Assembly (NCBI GenBank): GCA_029568545.1
Contig: JAKQAH010000035.1
Coordinates: 1-41,798, forward strand
DNA length: 41,798 bases
Origin: Candidatus Omnitrophota bacterium
Lineage (GTDB): Bacteria; Omnitrophota; Gorgyraeia; Zapsychrales; Zapsychraceae
Reading direction: 5' to 3'
Part shown: positions 1 through 7,130 of the stretch, one piece after another
Position numbering within the stretch: the first letter of the stretch is position 1
Layout of the letters: each line of letters opens with the position of its first letter
Position numbers and translations under genes: made by a program
The notes under the pieces: generated by a model
What the model was told of the DNA's origin: nothing
The model's database searches: none
The model's input: only the letters and a program-made list of their open reading frames with translations

Positions 1-36
1 AATCGTCTCCATTGTTTTCACCTCCCCGAAACCAAT

Positions 37-354
37 TCATCTGGCCCAGCTGATCCAGCCCCACAAGGCCAAGAAAAAGTACACAACGAACAAAAACGAC
101 TGGGCGTATAAACGCTTCCGGAAATCGATCACTGCCCAGCATGCGTTCGTAAACATCCACACCAGAAACCCGGCCGGGTCTTTATTCACATTCAAGACAA
201 CGCCGAAGATAGACAGGCCCGCGAGCATCCACATCACCAGTTCCTTAAACTCTTTCGGGTCCTTGCCGAACGGCCGGTTGGCTTCAACAAGCTTGCGCCG
301 GTTGTACCAGCTCAAGTTTTTATAGATTTCTTTCCATCCCTTATTGACTCTCAT
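37..354 (-). CDS. Small membrane protein, PnuC-like/nicotinamide-mononucleotide-transporter-like fragment
   Basis: Three hydrophobic segments ending LALWGWISW. ATG at 354 (MRVNKG) preferred over 465 because the longer start overlaps ORF 341-634 heavily. Confidence 0.5.
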   Translation of the reverse strand: MRVNKGWKEIYKNLSWYNRRKLVEANRPFGKDPKEFKELVMWMLAGLSIFGVVLNVNKDPAGFLVWMFTNACWAVIDFRKRLYAQSFLFVVYFFLALWGWISWAR

Positions 355-634
355 CCGGTCTCCTTTCCTTGCTCTTCGGAACACGCTCAACAATGAAAAA
401 TTCCTCCCCGATCTTTTCGGTAGCGCATTCGGTAAAGACGCTGGCCAGAAGCGCGCCGACATCATCGGTCACATGAATGATCACGCGATGGCCGGACAAA
501 AGAAACGACCCGTCCATCTTGACCCGGGCCTTGCCGAACACTCCGCGCGCCGCGCGCATCGCCGATTCCATCTGATCCTGAATCAGTTGTTTATCGATCC
601 TTTCATCGAACTCGAACTTATAAACGAACTCCAT
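341..634 (-). CDS. Hypothetical protein (97 aa)
   Basis: ATG preceded by GAGGAGG; sits in an operon between the sigma factor and the membrane ORF. Confidence 0.75.
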   Translation of the reverse strand: MEFVYKFEFDERIDKQLIQDQMESAMRAARGVFGKARVKMDGSFLLSGHRVIIHVTDDVGALLASVFTECATEKIGEEFFIVERVPKSKERRPDESQ

Positions 635-652
635 GCAAATCCTCCTCTCTGA

Positions 653-1225
653 TTACCTCAGATATTCCTCAAGCCCCTCTTTACGAAATGCCTCGCGGAT
701 ACGCTTAACTTCATCCTGAAGTGTTGCTCGCGGCATTTTCATGATCTCGCCAACCTTCACTTGGCTCATGCCCTCCGACAAATACCGGCATATTTGTTTC
801 TGTCTAAATGAAAGCCCTGCTGTCGCTTTTGCAATTGCATCTGGAAGATCAGCGACGGTAACCTTCTCCACGATTTTTTCTTCAACCATCAATGCCTTCT
901 CCTTTAATCCGATTAATTCTTCATCGTCATTCATGGCATCAAGCGATTCGCTCATATAAAATGTTTTCCGTTTGTACGCGCCTTTGATCCGGGCGATATC
1001 TGCCAACCTGTTCTGAATAACCCGATTCAAGAAAGTTCTTTCCTCCGCGCCTTCTCCATCGCGATACTTGCTCTTCATAAAAAACCAATGAACCAGACAT
1101 TCCTGCAAAAGATCTTCGAATCCCTCATTCCTTAAGCAATGATTTGCGCGCTGAGCGTCCCTGATAAGACAGCGAACCTCGCGCAATTCCCAGTCTTCAA
1201 ATAAGCCGCGATAATTCTGACTAAT
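653..1225 (-). CDS. Sigma-70 family, ECF-like sigma factor; start either ATT at 1225 or TTG at 1186
   Basis: Region-2-like EDLLQE..TFLNRVIQNRLAD and region-4 HTH LSFRQKQICRYLSEGMSQVKVGEIMKMPRATL. AAGGAG lies 7 nt before an in-frame ATT. Confidence 0.75.
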   Translation of the reverse strand: MSQNYRGLFEDWELREVRCLIRDAQRANHCLRNEGFEDLLQECLVHWFFMKSKYRDGEGAEERTFLNRVIQNRLADIARIKGAYKRKTFYMSESLDAMNDDEELIGLKEKALMVEEKIVEKVTVADLPDAIAKATAGLSFRQKQICRYLSEGMSQVKVGEIMKMPRATLQDEVKRIREAFRKEGLEEYLR

Positions 1226-1285
1226 AGGGACACTCCTTTGTTAGGCAGTGTCCGGAAATTAGCCTCGTTAATCCCGTTGACCACT

Positions 1286-1501
1286 TTATGGTCTCTTCGA
1301 TCGTGTAATTGGTTTGCATCCCGATAGTTCATCAGGCGTCGGCTCTCTTTTTAATATTCCGGTTAGAACGGCTTTGACGGCTTCAAGGATCTTCTTGTTC
1401 TGCATTGTCCGGGCAACACCTTCCAATGGCTTGTCCGGATAAATGACATTGAATCCCCGTTTAAACCGTTTTTCGAAATTTGAAACTTGCCTGTCGCCCA
1501 T
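1286..1501 (-). CDS. Hypothetical protein (71 aa), first gene of the leftward operon
   Basis: ATG preceded by GAGGGGAG; directly downstream of a putative promoter motif. Confidence 0.6.
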   Translation of the reverse strand: MGDRQVSNFEKRFKRGFNVIYPDKPLEGVARTMQNKKILEAVKAVLTGILKREPTPDELSGCKPITRSKRP

Positions 1502-1516
1502 ATCTCCCCTCTACTT

Positions 1517-1607
1517 GCTACATACGAAGAAATCCGGAAACCTGCCGGAAAAAAGTTGAAAAACATAAAAAATTTCCGTCACCCTGCCGGAAATCTTCGT
1601 ATATAGC
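1517..1607. promoter_or_regulatory. Back-to-back pair of 35-bp motifs (putative ECF promoters or operators)
   Basis: TTTCCG(G/T)CA-N5-CCGGA-N2-TCTTCGTAT(G/A)TAGC on minus strand 1551-1517 and plus strand 1573-1607. Confidence 0.55.
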
Positions 1608-1665
1608 TAATAGGAGCAAGCGTCTGCGATCTCCGCGCAGAAAGGCTCTAAGATGTTGTTATAGC

Positions 1666-1694
1666 TTGACTTGTGACAGCTTCCATTATAGGGT
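1666..1694 (+). promoter_or_regulatory. Putative sigma-70 promoter of the recombinase
   Basis: TTGACT-N17-TAGGGT, ending 28 nt before the ATG at 1723. Confidence 0.45.
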
Positions 1695-1722
1695 TGGGTC
1701 GCAATGCAAAAAACGAGTTTGA

Positions 1723-3444
1723 ATGACCGGCATGACAAAAATAATTAGATCAAAAGAAAAGAAACGATTCGTGATCTACACCCGGTGCTCGACCGACGAT
1801 CAGGCGCAGGGCGATTTCACGACACTGGACGCGCAAGCGCATCACTGCAAAAACATGCTCGATGCGTTCGGCTATGAACTTGGAGAAATAGGAAAGAACG
1901 GAATAGTCAACGATGACGGCTATTCCGGAAAAGATTTGAACCGGCCGGGAATACAGCTGATCCTTGAGAACGTAAGGCAAAAGAAGAAAATTGACGGCAT
2001 AATTTTCTTCCGGCTCGACCGGCTCACGCGCAATACGCGCGACCTCTATGCCCTCATCGATTTATTCCGCGAAAAAGAAGTAGATTTTATTTCGGTAAGA
2101 GAAAACCTCGACAGCTCCACCGCGATCGGCCGCGTGGTTATAGGAATACTCGGCATCCTCTCCGCGTTCGAACGCGAGCTGACCGGCGAACGCGTGAAAG
2201 CCTCCGCGATCGCCCGCGTACGCCAAGGCAAATGGGTCGGCGGTTTCTTGGCGCACGGTTATAAACTGGAAAAAGACGGCGAACGCCTGCCAAACGGCAG
2301 ACAACCTCACAAAGTTGTTCTGGATCCGGAACTCGCGCCCAAACTCAGGATTATCTGGGAAATGGCGGCCAACAACAAATCGCTCATGGAGATCGGCCAA
2401 GAGCTGGAGCGGCAAGGCGTAAAAACCTGCCGCGGCAAAGTCTGGCGCAAACAGACATTGTCATCCGTCATCAAAAACCCTTTTTATAAAGGGTACATCC
2501 TCTACGCCAATGAACTTCACAAAGGAAATCACGAAGCGATGATCGAACCCGCGATCTGGGAGAAGGCCAATAGAATCGTCAAAGCCAAACTACCCGGCCA
2601 TGGATTCAGCAGAAGACCAAAAACATATAATTATTTATTGAGCGGACTGCTCAAGTGCGGGAAATGCGGAAGCCACCTGATATCGGCCTCCAACAAGGGG
2701 CGGGATGGAAAGAAGTTTCATTACTATATCTGCGGCAGGTCGAAACAAAAACTCGGATGCAATGAACTGGGCATCCCGGCCCCGGTCTTTGACCGGGCCC
2801 TGATCGGATACTTCCGGAAAGCCTCCCAGAACCGGGATATCATCATCAAAGGCATCGGCGATGCCATGCGCGAAGCCCAGCTCATGGCCGGGCGCATCGA
2901 CACCATGATCGCAGAAACCGAAGCCAAACTCAACGATTGCCAGCACGAAGCCAAGACCCTGCTGGATCTGGCCATGACCGGCACCGTAACGCAAGGCCCA
3001 GCTTATAAAAACAAGATGTCGGAAATAGATAACCAAATAATAATGCTCGAGGACAAGCTGACCAAACTTCGGTCACAAAAGTCGGCCAACGACATGACGG
3101 CCAACTCGGCCAATTACCTCCACGAAACCCTGCAGTTCGCCTTGGAATACCTCGACAAAGCCCCTGCGGATGCCCAGAAAAGCCTCATATTCGCCCTTAT
3201 AAAAGAGATTACGATCCATAGCGACGTAATTGACCTGCGGATGTACTTGGGCGATCCTGAACAAACCCTGCAGGCCGATATCCACGACTGCGAACACAGC
3301 CAAACCGCCGTAAAAAACAAAAACCCCGTTCCGGAATTACTCCGAAACGGGGCTGATGTTAACGATCAAGCGCTTGTTGCGCATGGTCGTCCAAAATGGC
3401 TCCCCCGCGAGGACTCGAACCTCGGACCCAGTGGTTACACTTGA
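1723..3444 (+). CDS. Large serine recombinase (integrase)
   Basis: Catalytic YTRCST, DDGYSG, RLDRLTR, SAFERELTGER; recombinase domain; Zn ribbon CGKCG..YYIC; coiled coil. Confidence 0.95.
   Translation: MTGMTKIIRSKEKKRFVIYTRCSTDDQAQGDFTTLDAQAHHCKNMLDAFGYELGEIGKNGIVNDDGYSGKDLNRPGIQLILENVRQKKKIDGIIFFRLDRLTRNTRDLYALIDLFREKEVDFISVRENLDSSTAIGRVVIGILGILSAFERELTGERVKASAIARVRQGKWVGGFLAHGYKLEKDGERLPNGRQPHKVVLDPELAPKLRIIWEMAANNKSLMEIGQELERQGVKTCRGKVWRKQTLSSVIKNPFYKGYILYANELHKGNHEAMIEPAIWEKANRIVKAKLPGHGFSRRPKTYNYLLSGLLKCGKCGSHLISASNKGRDGKKFHYYICGRSKQKLGCNELGIPAPVFDRALIGYFRKASQNRDIIIKGIGDAMREAQLMAGRIDTMIAETEAKLNDCQHEAKTLLDLAMTGTVTQGPAYKNKMSEIDNQIIMLEDKLTKLRSQKSANDMTANSANYLHETLQFALEYLDKAPADAQKSLIFALIKEITIHSDVIDLRMYLGDPEQTLQADIHDCEHSQTAVKNKNPVPELLRNGADVNDQALVAHGRPKWLPREDSNLGPSGYT
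3312..3352 (-). terminator. Intrinsic terminator for the tRNA-Asn transcript, inside the integrase ORF
   Basis: Minus strand CCCCGTTTCGGA-GTAAT-TCCGGAACGGGG followed by TTTTTGTTTTTT, about 45 nt past the tRNA CCA. Confidence 0.75.
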
Positions 3445-3972
3445 CCCGCTATTCCTAACGGAAGTGGACTTTCTCTTCACCGTCGGCTTAACGTTACGGT
3501 GGCAGGTGTAAAGTCTCTGCACGTTCCCTGAACACTTAGGATCAGGGCTTCGCTCAGGATTACCCGCCGGTTTCCCGGTTTGGGCTTCCCTGAATTAGCC
3601 TGCTGTTTCAACCGGCGTTTCCGCCGGAAGCTGCGTCTGAGCATGAATTTCACGATGACAATTGGCACAAACAAGAAGACATTTATCGATCTCTTCTCGT
3701 ACCTTAGTCCAACTTCGAGTATAACCTTTACTCGAAACACTGAAATCCTTTTGATCAGGATCTCGGTGATGGAACTCTAAGGCTTCGATACAGCGGTCAT
3801 AACCACAAATCTGGCATCGACCACCCTTATATTCAACTGCTTTCTGTCTCATTTTCTTACGTCTTTTATGGACAGCAGCAATTAAATATTGCCGGCGATC
3901 TTTGTATGTCCGCGTATCTTTTCTTGCCATTGCCCTCATCCATTTGCTCGTTCCGCCTTCGGCGGAACTCTC
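3438..3972 (-). ncRNA. Group I intron (IC3-like), 535 nt, between tRNA positions 35 and 36
   Basis: 5' exon ends in U and intron ends in G. P AATTCAGGGAA (3596-3586), Q AATCCTGAGC (3561-3552), R GCAGAGACT (3520-3512), S AAGAGAAAGTCC (3477-3466). IGS GCAGCT (3634-3629) pairs with exon GGCTGT including a U.G pair. P2 CCGGCG-GAAA-CGCCGG; P9 CCGTTA-GGAA-TAGCGG. Confidence 0.93.
3595..3939 (-). CDS. Intron-encoded HNH endonuclease (putative homing endonuclease)
   Basis: CQICG..LEFHH..CANCHREIH (two CxxC plus HNH), basic N-terminus; wholly inside the intron. Start at 3939 or 3930. Confidence 0.88.
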   Translation of the reverse strand: MRAMARKDTRTYKDRRQYLIAAVHKRRKKMRQKAVEYKGGRCQICGYDRCIEALEFHHRDPDQKDFSVSSKGYTRSWTKVREEIDKCLLVCANCHREIHAQTQLPAETPVETAG

Positions 3973-4030
3973 ACAGCCACTTGCTCTACCAGCTGAGCTA
4001 CAGGGGATTAAAATTTCGGAGAAATTTTAA

Positions 4031-4070
4031 TCCCCAGCACCCCTTCAAATAACTTGCTGGGTGCAGGGGA
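4031..4070 (-). repeat. tRNA-leader hairpin element (copy at tRNA-Asn)
   Basis: TCCCCTGCACCC-N15-GGGGTGCTGGGGA; same core as the units upstream of tRNA-Arg. Confidence 0.75.
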
Positions 4071-4135
4071 ATATTCTTTTAAAATTCTCTCCAAAACAAG
4101 GGACACTATAAAGAACAGGGGAAAACGTTATATGG

Positions 4136-4163
4136 ATTATAATTAAAAATCTTCAAAAGTCAA
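4136..4163 (-). promoter_or_regulatory. Putative sigma-70 promoter of tRNA-Asn
   Basis: TTGACT-N16-TATAAT. Confidence 0.6.
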
Positions 4164-4184
4164 TGAATCAAATCGCCTAAATTC

Positions 4185-4787
4185 CTACTCCTTCACTTCC
4201 CTCCTCGTCATCATCGACATCCCCAGCGTCGACATGTCAGCGTACTCCAAGGACCCTCCCATCGGGATCCCCACGCTGATGCGGCTGATCTTCACCCCCA
4301 AGGGTTTTAATTCCTTGATCAGGTAAAGAGCCGTCATTTCGCCTTCATTGTCAGGATCGGTCGCGATCACGACTTCCTGGACATCCTGCTCGCGCACGCG
4401 GCGGATAAGCTGCGGGATCTTAATGTCATCGGGGCCGCACCCATCGGCGGGAGAAATGACCCCCAGCAAAACATGATAATGCCCCTTGAACGCTCCGGAG
4501 CGCTCGATGGCCAGAACATCCTTTGGATTTTCAACCACACAAACCGTCTTTTCATCCCGGCCCGTGTCGCTGCAGATCATGCAGACTTCGGTATCGCTCA
4601 AATTATTGCATATGCGGCAGAACATCAGGCCGTCCTTAAGCTCAACGATGCTTTTGGCGATCGCATTTGCCTCTTCTCTGGGATGATTGAGAAGCCAAAA
4701 GGCAATGCGTTCGGCGCTGCGCGGGCCGATGCCGGGAAGCTTGGTGAGCTTTTCGATCAAATTTTGGATTAATCTGGGATAAGCCAT
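4185..4787 (-). CDS. recR: Recombination mediator RecR
   Basis: LPGIGPRSAER HhH, C4 Zn finger, TOPRIM (VIATDPDNEGE), SLEYAD. Confidence 0.97.
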   Translation of the reverse strand: MAYPRLIQNLIEKLTKLPGIGPRSAERIAFWLLNHPREEANAIAKSIVELKDGLMFCRICNNLSDTEVCMICSDTGRDEKTVCVVENPKDVLAIERSGAFKGHYHVLLGVISPADGCGPDDIKIPQLIRRVREQDVQEVVIATDPDNEGEMTALYLIKELKPLGVKISRISVGIPMGGSLEYADMSTLGMSMMTRREVKE

Positions 4788-4910
4788 AACTCACTAGAGA
4801 ATCGGGGTGAGATTGAGTTGTGCGTTATGAGTCGGGAATGAGGCCGGATCCCAATCTCATCCTCACCCTCGCCCCATAACCCACAACACGCCCTCCCCCT
4901 AATGATTAAA

Positions 4911-6638
4911 TTACCCTTCGTGCCACCGGTTGACCACTTTCCCGTGGAAAGAATCAATGACCTCCTTGACGTTCTCCGCCTCTTCCTGGGGATTGCCGTC
5001 GGTCACGATCAAATATTTGACGATGATCGGCATTTTCAACTTCTCGGAAAACACCCGCTCAACAAATTCGATATTGCGTTTATCTTCTAACGTATCCTTT
5101 TGAAAATGGCATTCCGGAGGGAAACCGATCGTCAGGGTCTTATCGGTAAAAGTATACGGAACCCCGCTTTGCAAATACGTAGCGATCGACATGCGCTCGC
5201 GGCTGACCCCATGGGTCAGGGCATCCCACGCCTTTCTGATCTTCGGCAGGTCCAAATCCGTTTCTTCCGGCTCATCCACATGCCCAAATTCTTGAGCGGC
5301 CAATACGTCCAAATCTTCGGCATTCTTATCGGCCAGCCCCAAAGGCTCATCCTCTTCCTCATTGGGAAGATCTTTTCCGCTTTCATCCGCCTGGGGGGAA
5401 GATCCTGTAATATCCACTTGGCCCTTCTTGTCACGCAAGACACTTGCCGGGGAGAGGCCTCGCGATTTTTCATCGAAAACCCTCACCGGCTGTTCCCCGC
5501 GAGACGCCGATGGGGATTTCGCCGTTTCCCCTTGATAGGTCAATTTCGCCAAAGCGACTTCCAAGGGCATGCGTACGGATTCAATAATGCGCGCCGTTTC
5601 CTGGGCCTCGATAAAAACATCGATCGCCATCAGGATCTCTTTAAGCGTGAATTTCTTACACTGGCCAAGAAGCGTATCCTTAAGGGCATTCGGATAGTCG
5701 ATCAGCTTGCCGATCGACCTCAGCTGCTCCTCCGTCGATTGCGAGCCTATCTTCATGATCATCAAATGCCGGAAATGCTCCGTGATATCCCGGCATAACT
5801 GCCGGACGTCCTTGCCCTTATCAAGGATCTTGTCCATCACTTGAAGGCACAGCGAGCAATCTTTTTGGCCCAGCGCATCCGCGAGCTCAAACAAGAACTG
5901 CGTTTCGACAAGGCCCAGCATCGAGAAGACGTCTTGCGCGCCAATGCCCTTGTCGCTCAGGGCGCTCAACTGGTCCAGGATGCTAATGGCATCCCGGAGG
6001 CCTCCTTGGGCCGCTTTCGCGATCGCATAAAGCGCCTCCTGATCGATCTTAAGCTTCTCCTCCTTGCTGATCTGTTCCAGCGATCCGACCAGTACCTTCA
6101 TCGGAATACGCCTGAAATCATACCGCTGGCACCGGGAAATGATCGTTGCCGGGATTTTATTCGGCGCCGTTGTCGCAAAGATGAATTTCACGTGTTCCGG
6201 CGGCTCTTCCAGCGTCTTGAGAAGCGCGTTGAACGCTTCGGCCGTCAGCATATGGACTTCATCGACAATATAGATCTTATAGCGCCCGCAGGAAGGCGCG
6301 AATTTCACGTTTTCCCGTAAGGCGCGGATCTCATCGATCCCGCGATTGGACGCCCCGTCGATTTCCAGAACGTCAAAGCTCGTGCCTTTGGCGATCTCCG
6401 TGCAGGCCGGACATTTGCCGCAAGGTTTGAGCGTCGGCCCTTTTTCGCAATTTAAGGATTTGGCGAGAATGCGCGCGCAGGAGGTCTTGCCGATCCCGCG
6501 CGGGCCGCAAAACAGATAGGCTTGCGTCAGACGGTTCGATTGGATGGTTTTCTTCAGAAGATCAGTGATGTGCTCCTGCCCGACGACTTCATCGAACGTT
6601 TGCGGGCGGTATTTCCGGGCTAAGACAAGATAGGCCAT
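4911..6638 (-). CDS. dnaX: DNA polymerase III subunit gamma/tau
   Basis: ARKYRP, GPRGIGKT, EIDGASNRG, DEVHML, SRC motifs. Confidence 0.97.
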   Translation of the reverse strand: MAYLVLARKYRPQTFDEVVGQEHITDLLKKTIQSNRLTQAYLFCGPRGIGKTSCARILAKSLNCEKGPTLKPCGKCPACTEIAKGTSFDVLEIDGASNRGIDEIRALRENVKFAPSCGRYKIYIVDEVHMLTAEAFNALLKTLEEPPEHVKFIFATTAPNKIPATIISRCQRYDFRRIPMKVLVGSLEQISKEEKLKIDQEALYAIAKAAQGGLRDAISILDQLSALSDKGIGAQDVFSMLGLVETQFLFELADALGQKDCSLCLQVMDKILDKGKDVRQLCRDITEHFRHLMIMKIGSQSTEEQLRSIGKLIDYPNALKDTLLGQCKKFTLKEILMAIDVFIEAQETARIIESVRMPLEVALAKLTYQGETAKSPSASRGEQPVRVFDEKSRGLSPASVLRDKKGQVDITGSSPQADESGKDLPNEEEDEPLGLADKNAEDLDVLAAQEFGHVDEPEETDLDLPKIRKAWDALTHGVSRERMSIATYLQSGVPYTFTDKTLTIGFPPECHFQKDTLEDKRNIEFVERVFSEKLKMPIIVKYLIVTDGNPQEEAENVKEVIDSFHGKVVNRWHEG

Positions 6639-6697
6639 GACGCGAATTTAAGAATTAATGGTCGGAGTAAATTTGACGCCGCTATTCTAACATAAAC

Positions 6698-6997
6698 TTA
6701 ATAAAACTCAACACTGTGATCGCAAATAAAGAAATCGCCCGCGCGCTCCAGAAACGAAAGAATGTTCTGAAAACAACTGTCCACATGGCGCTGGTCCGCA
6801 TTGATCATGGCGAACCCAAGGGTTGCCGTCTGCCACTTTTCCTGCCCGTCCAGCTCGGCGACCGAAACATTGAACTCCCGACGGATTCTGTCTTTCAGGC
6901 TTTTTAGAACAAAGCGCTTTTCTTTGAGCGACTGCGCCTGCGGGATGTGGATCGCAACGGAAAGAACGCCCAGATGTTGCGTGTATTCTTGGATCAT
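6698..6997 (-). CDS. DUF503 (YlxP-like) protein
   Basis: SLKEKR..FNVSVAE..WQ pattern, 99 aa. Confidence 0.85.
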   Translation of the reverse strand: MIQEYTQHLGVLSVAIHIPQAQSLKEKRFVLKSLKDRIRREFNVSVAELDGQEKWQTATLGFAMINADQRHVDSCFQNILSFLERAGDFFICDHSVEFY

Positions 6998-7130
6998 GGA
7001 AAAAGATTTGTTAAATGAATCCCCATCCGCCTCTTATAGACAGCAAGGGCATGGCTCGCGGGGCTCTTCGATCCCGTAGGTATGTATTTTATCAACATAT
7101 GCCCCAAAGAGGAAGGAATTAAAAAATATT

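Larger units (their letters stand above)
1..3437. mobile_element. Right end of an integrative element (prophage/ICE-like) at the 3' end of tRNA-Asn; left end outside the window
   Basis: Large serine recombinase running into the tRNA 3' exon, with divergent small hypothetical ORFs and a sigma factor. The second att site is not visible, so the boundary is approximate. Confidence 0.75.
3397..4007 (-). tRNA. tRNA-Asn(GTT), intron-split: 5' exon 4007-3973 (35 nt), 3' exon 3437-3397 (41 nt)
   Basis: Joined exons give the 76-nt TCCCCTGTAGCTCAGCTGGTAGAGCAAGTGGCTGT|TAACCACTGGGTCCGAGGTTCGAGTCCTCGCGGGGGAGCCA: full cloverleaf, G73, encoded CCA. Confidence 0.95.

Noticed and set aside
1132-1332. 66-aa ORF overlapping the sigma factor start
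   Set aside because: It overlaps two better-supported genes and has no clear RBS.
3397-3437. Truncated tRNA as a mere att-site duplicate
   Set aside because: The matching 5' exon lies 535 nt away with group I intron motifs in between.
3477-3780. ORFs 3477-3740 (minus) and 3580-3780 (plus)
   Set aside because: They overlap the HNH gene and ribozyme core and have no recognisable motifs.
4911-6638. E. coli-type -1 frameshift producing the gamma subunit
   Set aside because: No AAAAAAG slippery site noticed at the expected position after domain III.
6998-7130. SRP RNA (ffs), often found near dnaX
   Set aside because: No helix-8 CAGG..GGAA..AGCAG signature seen on either strand.
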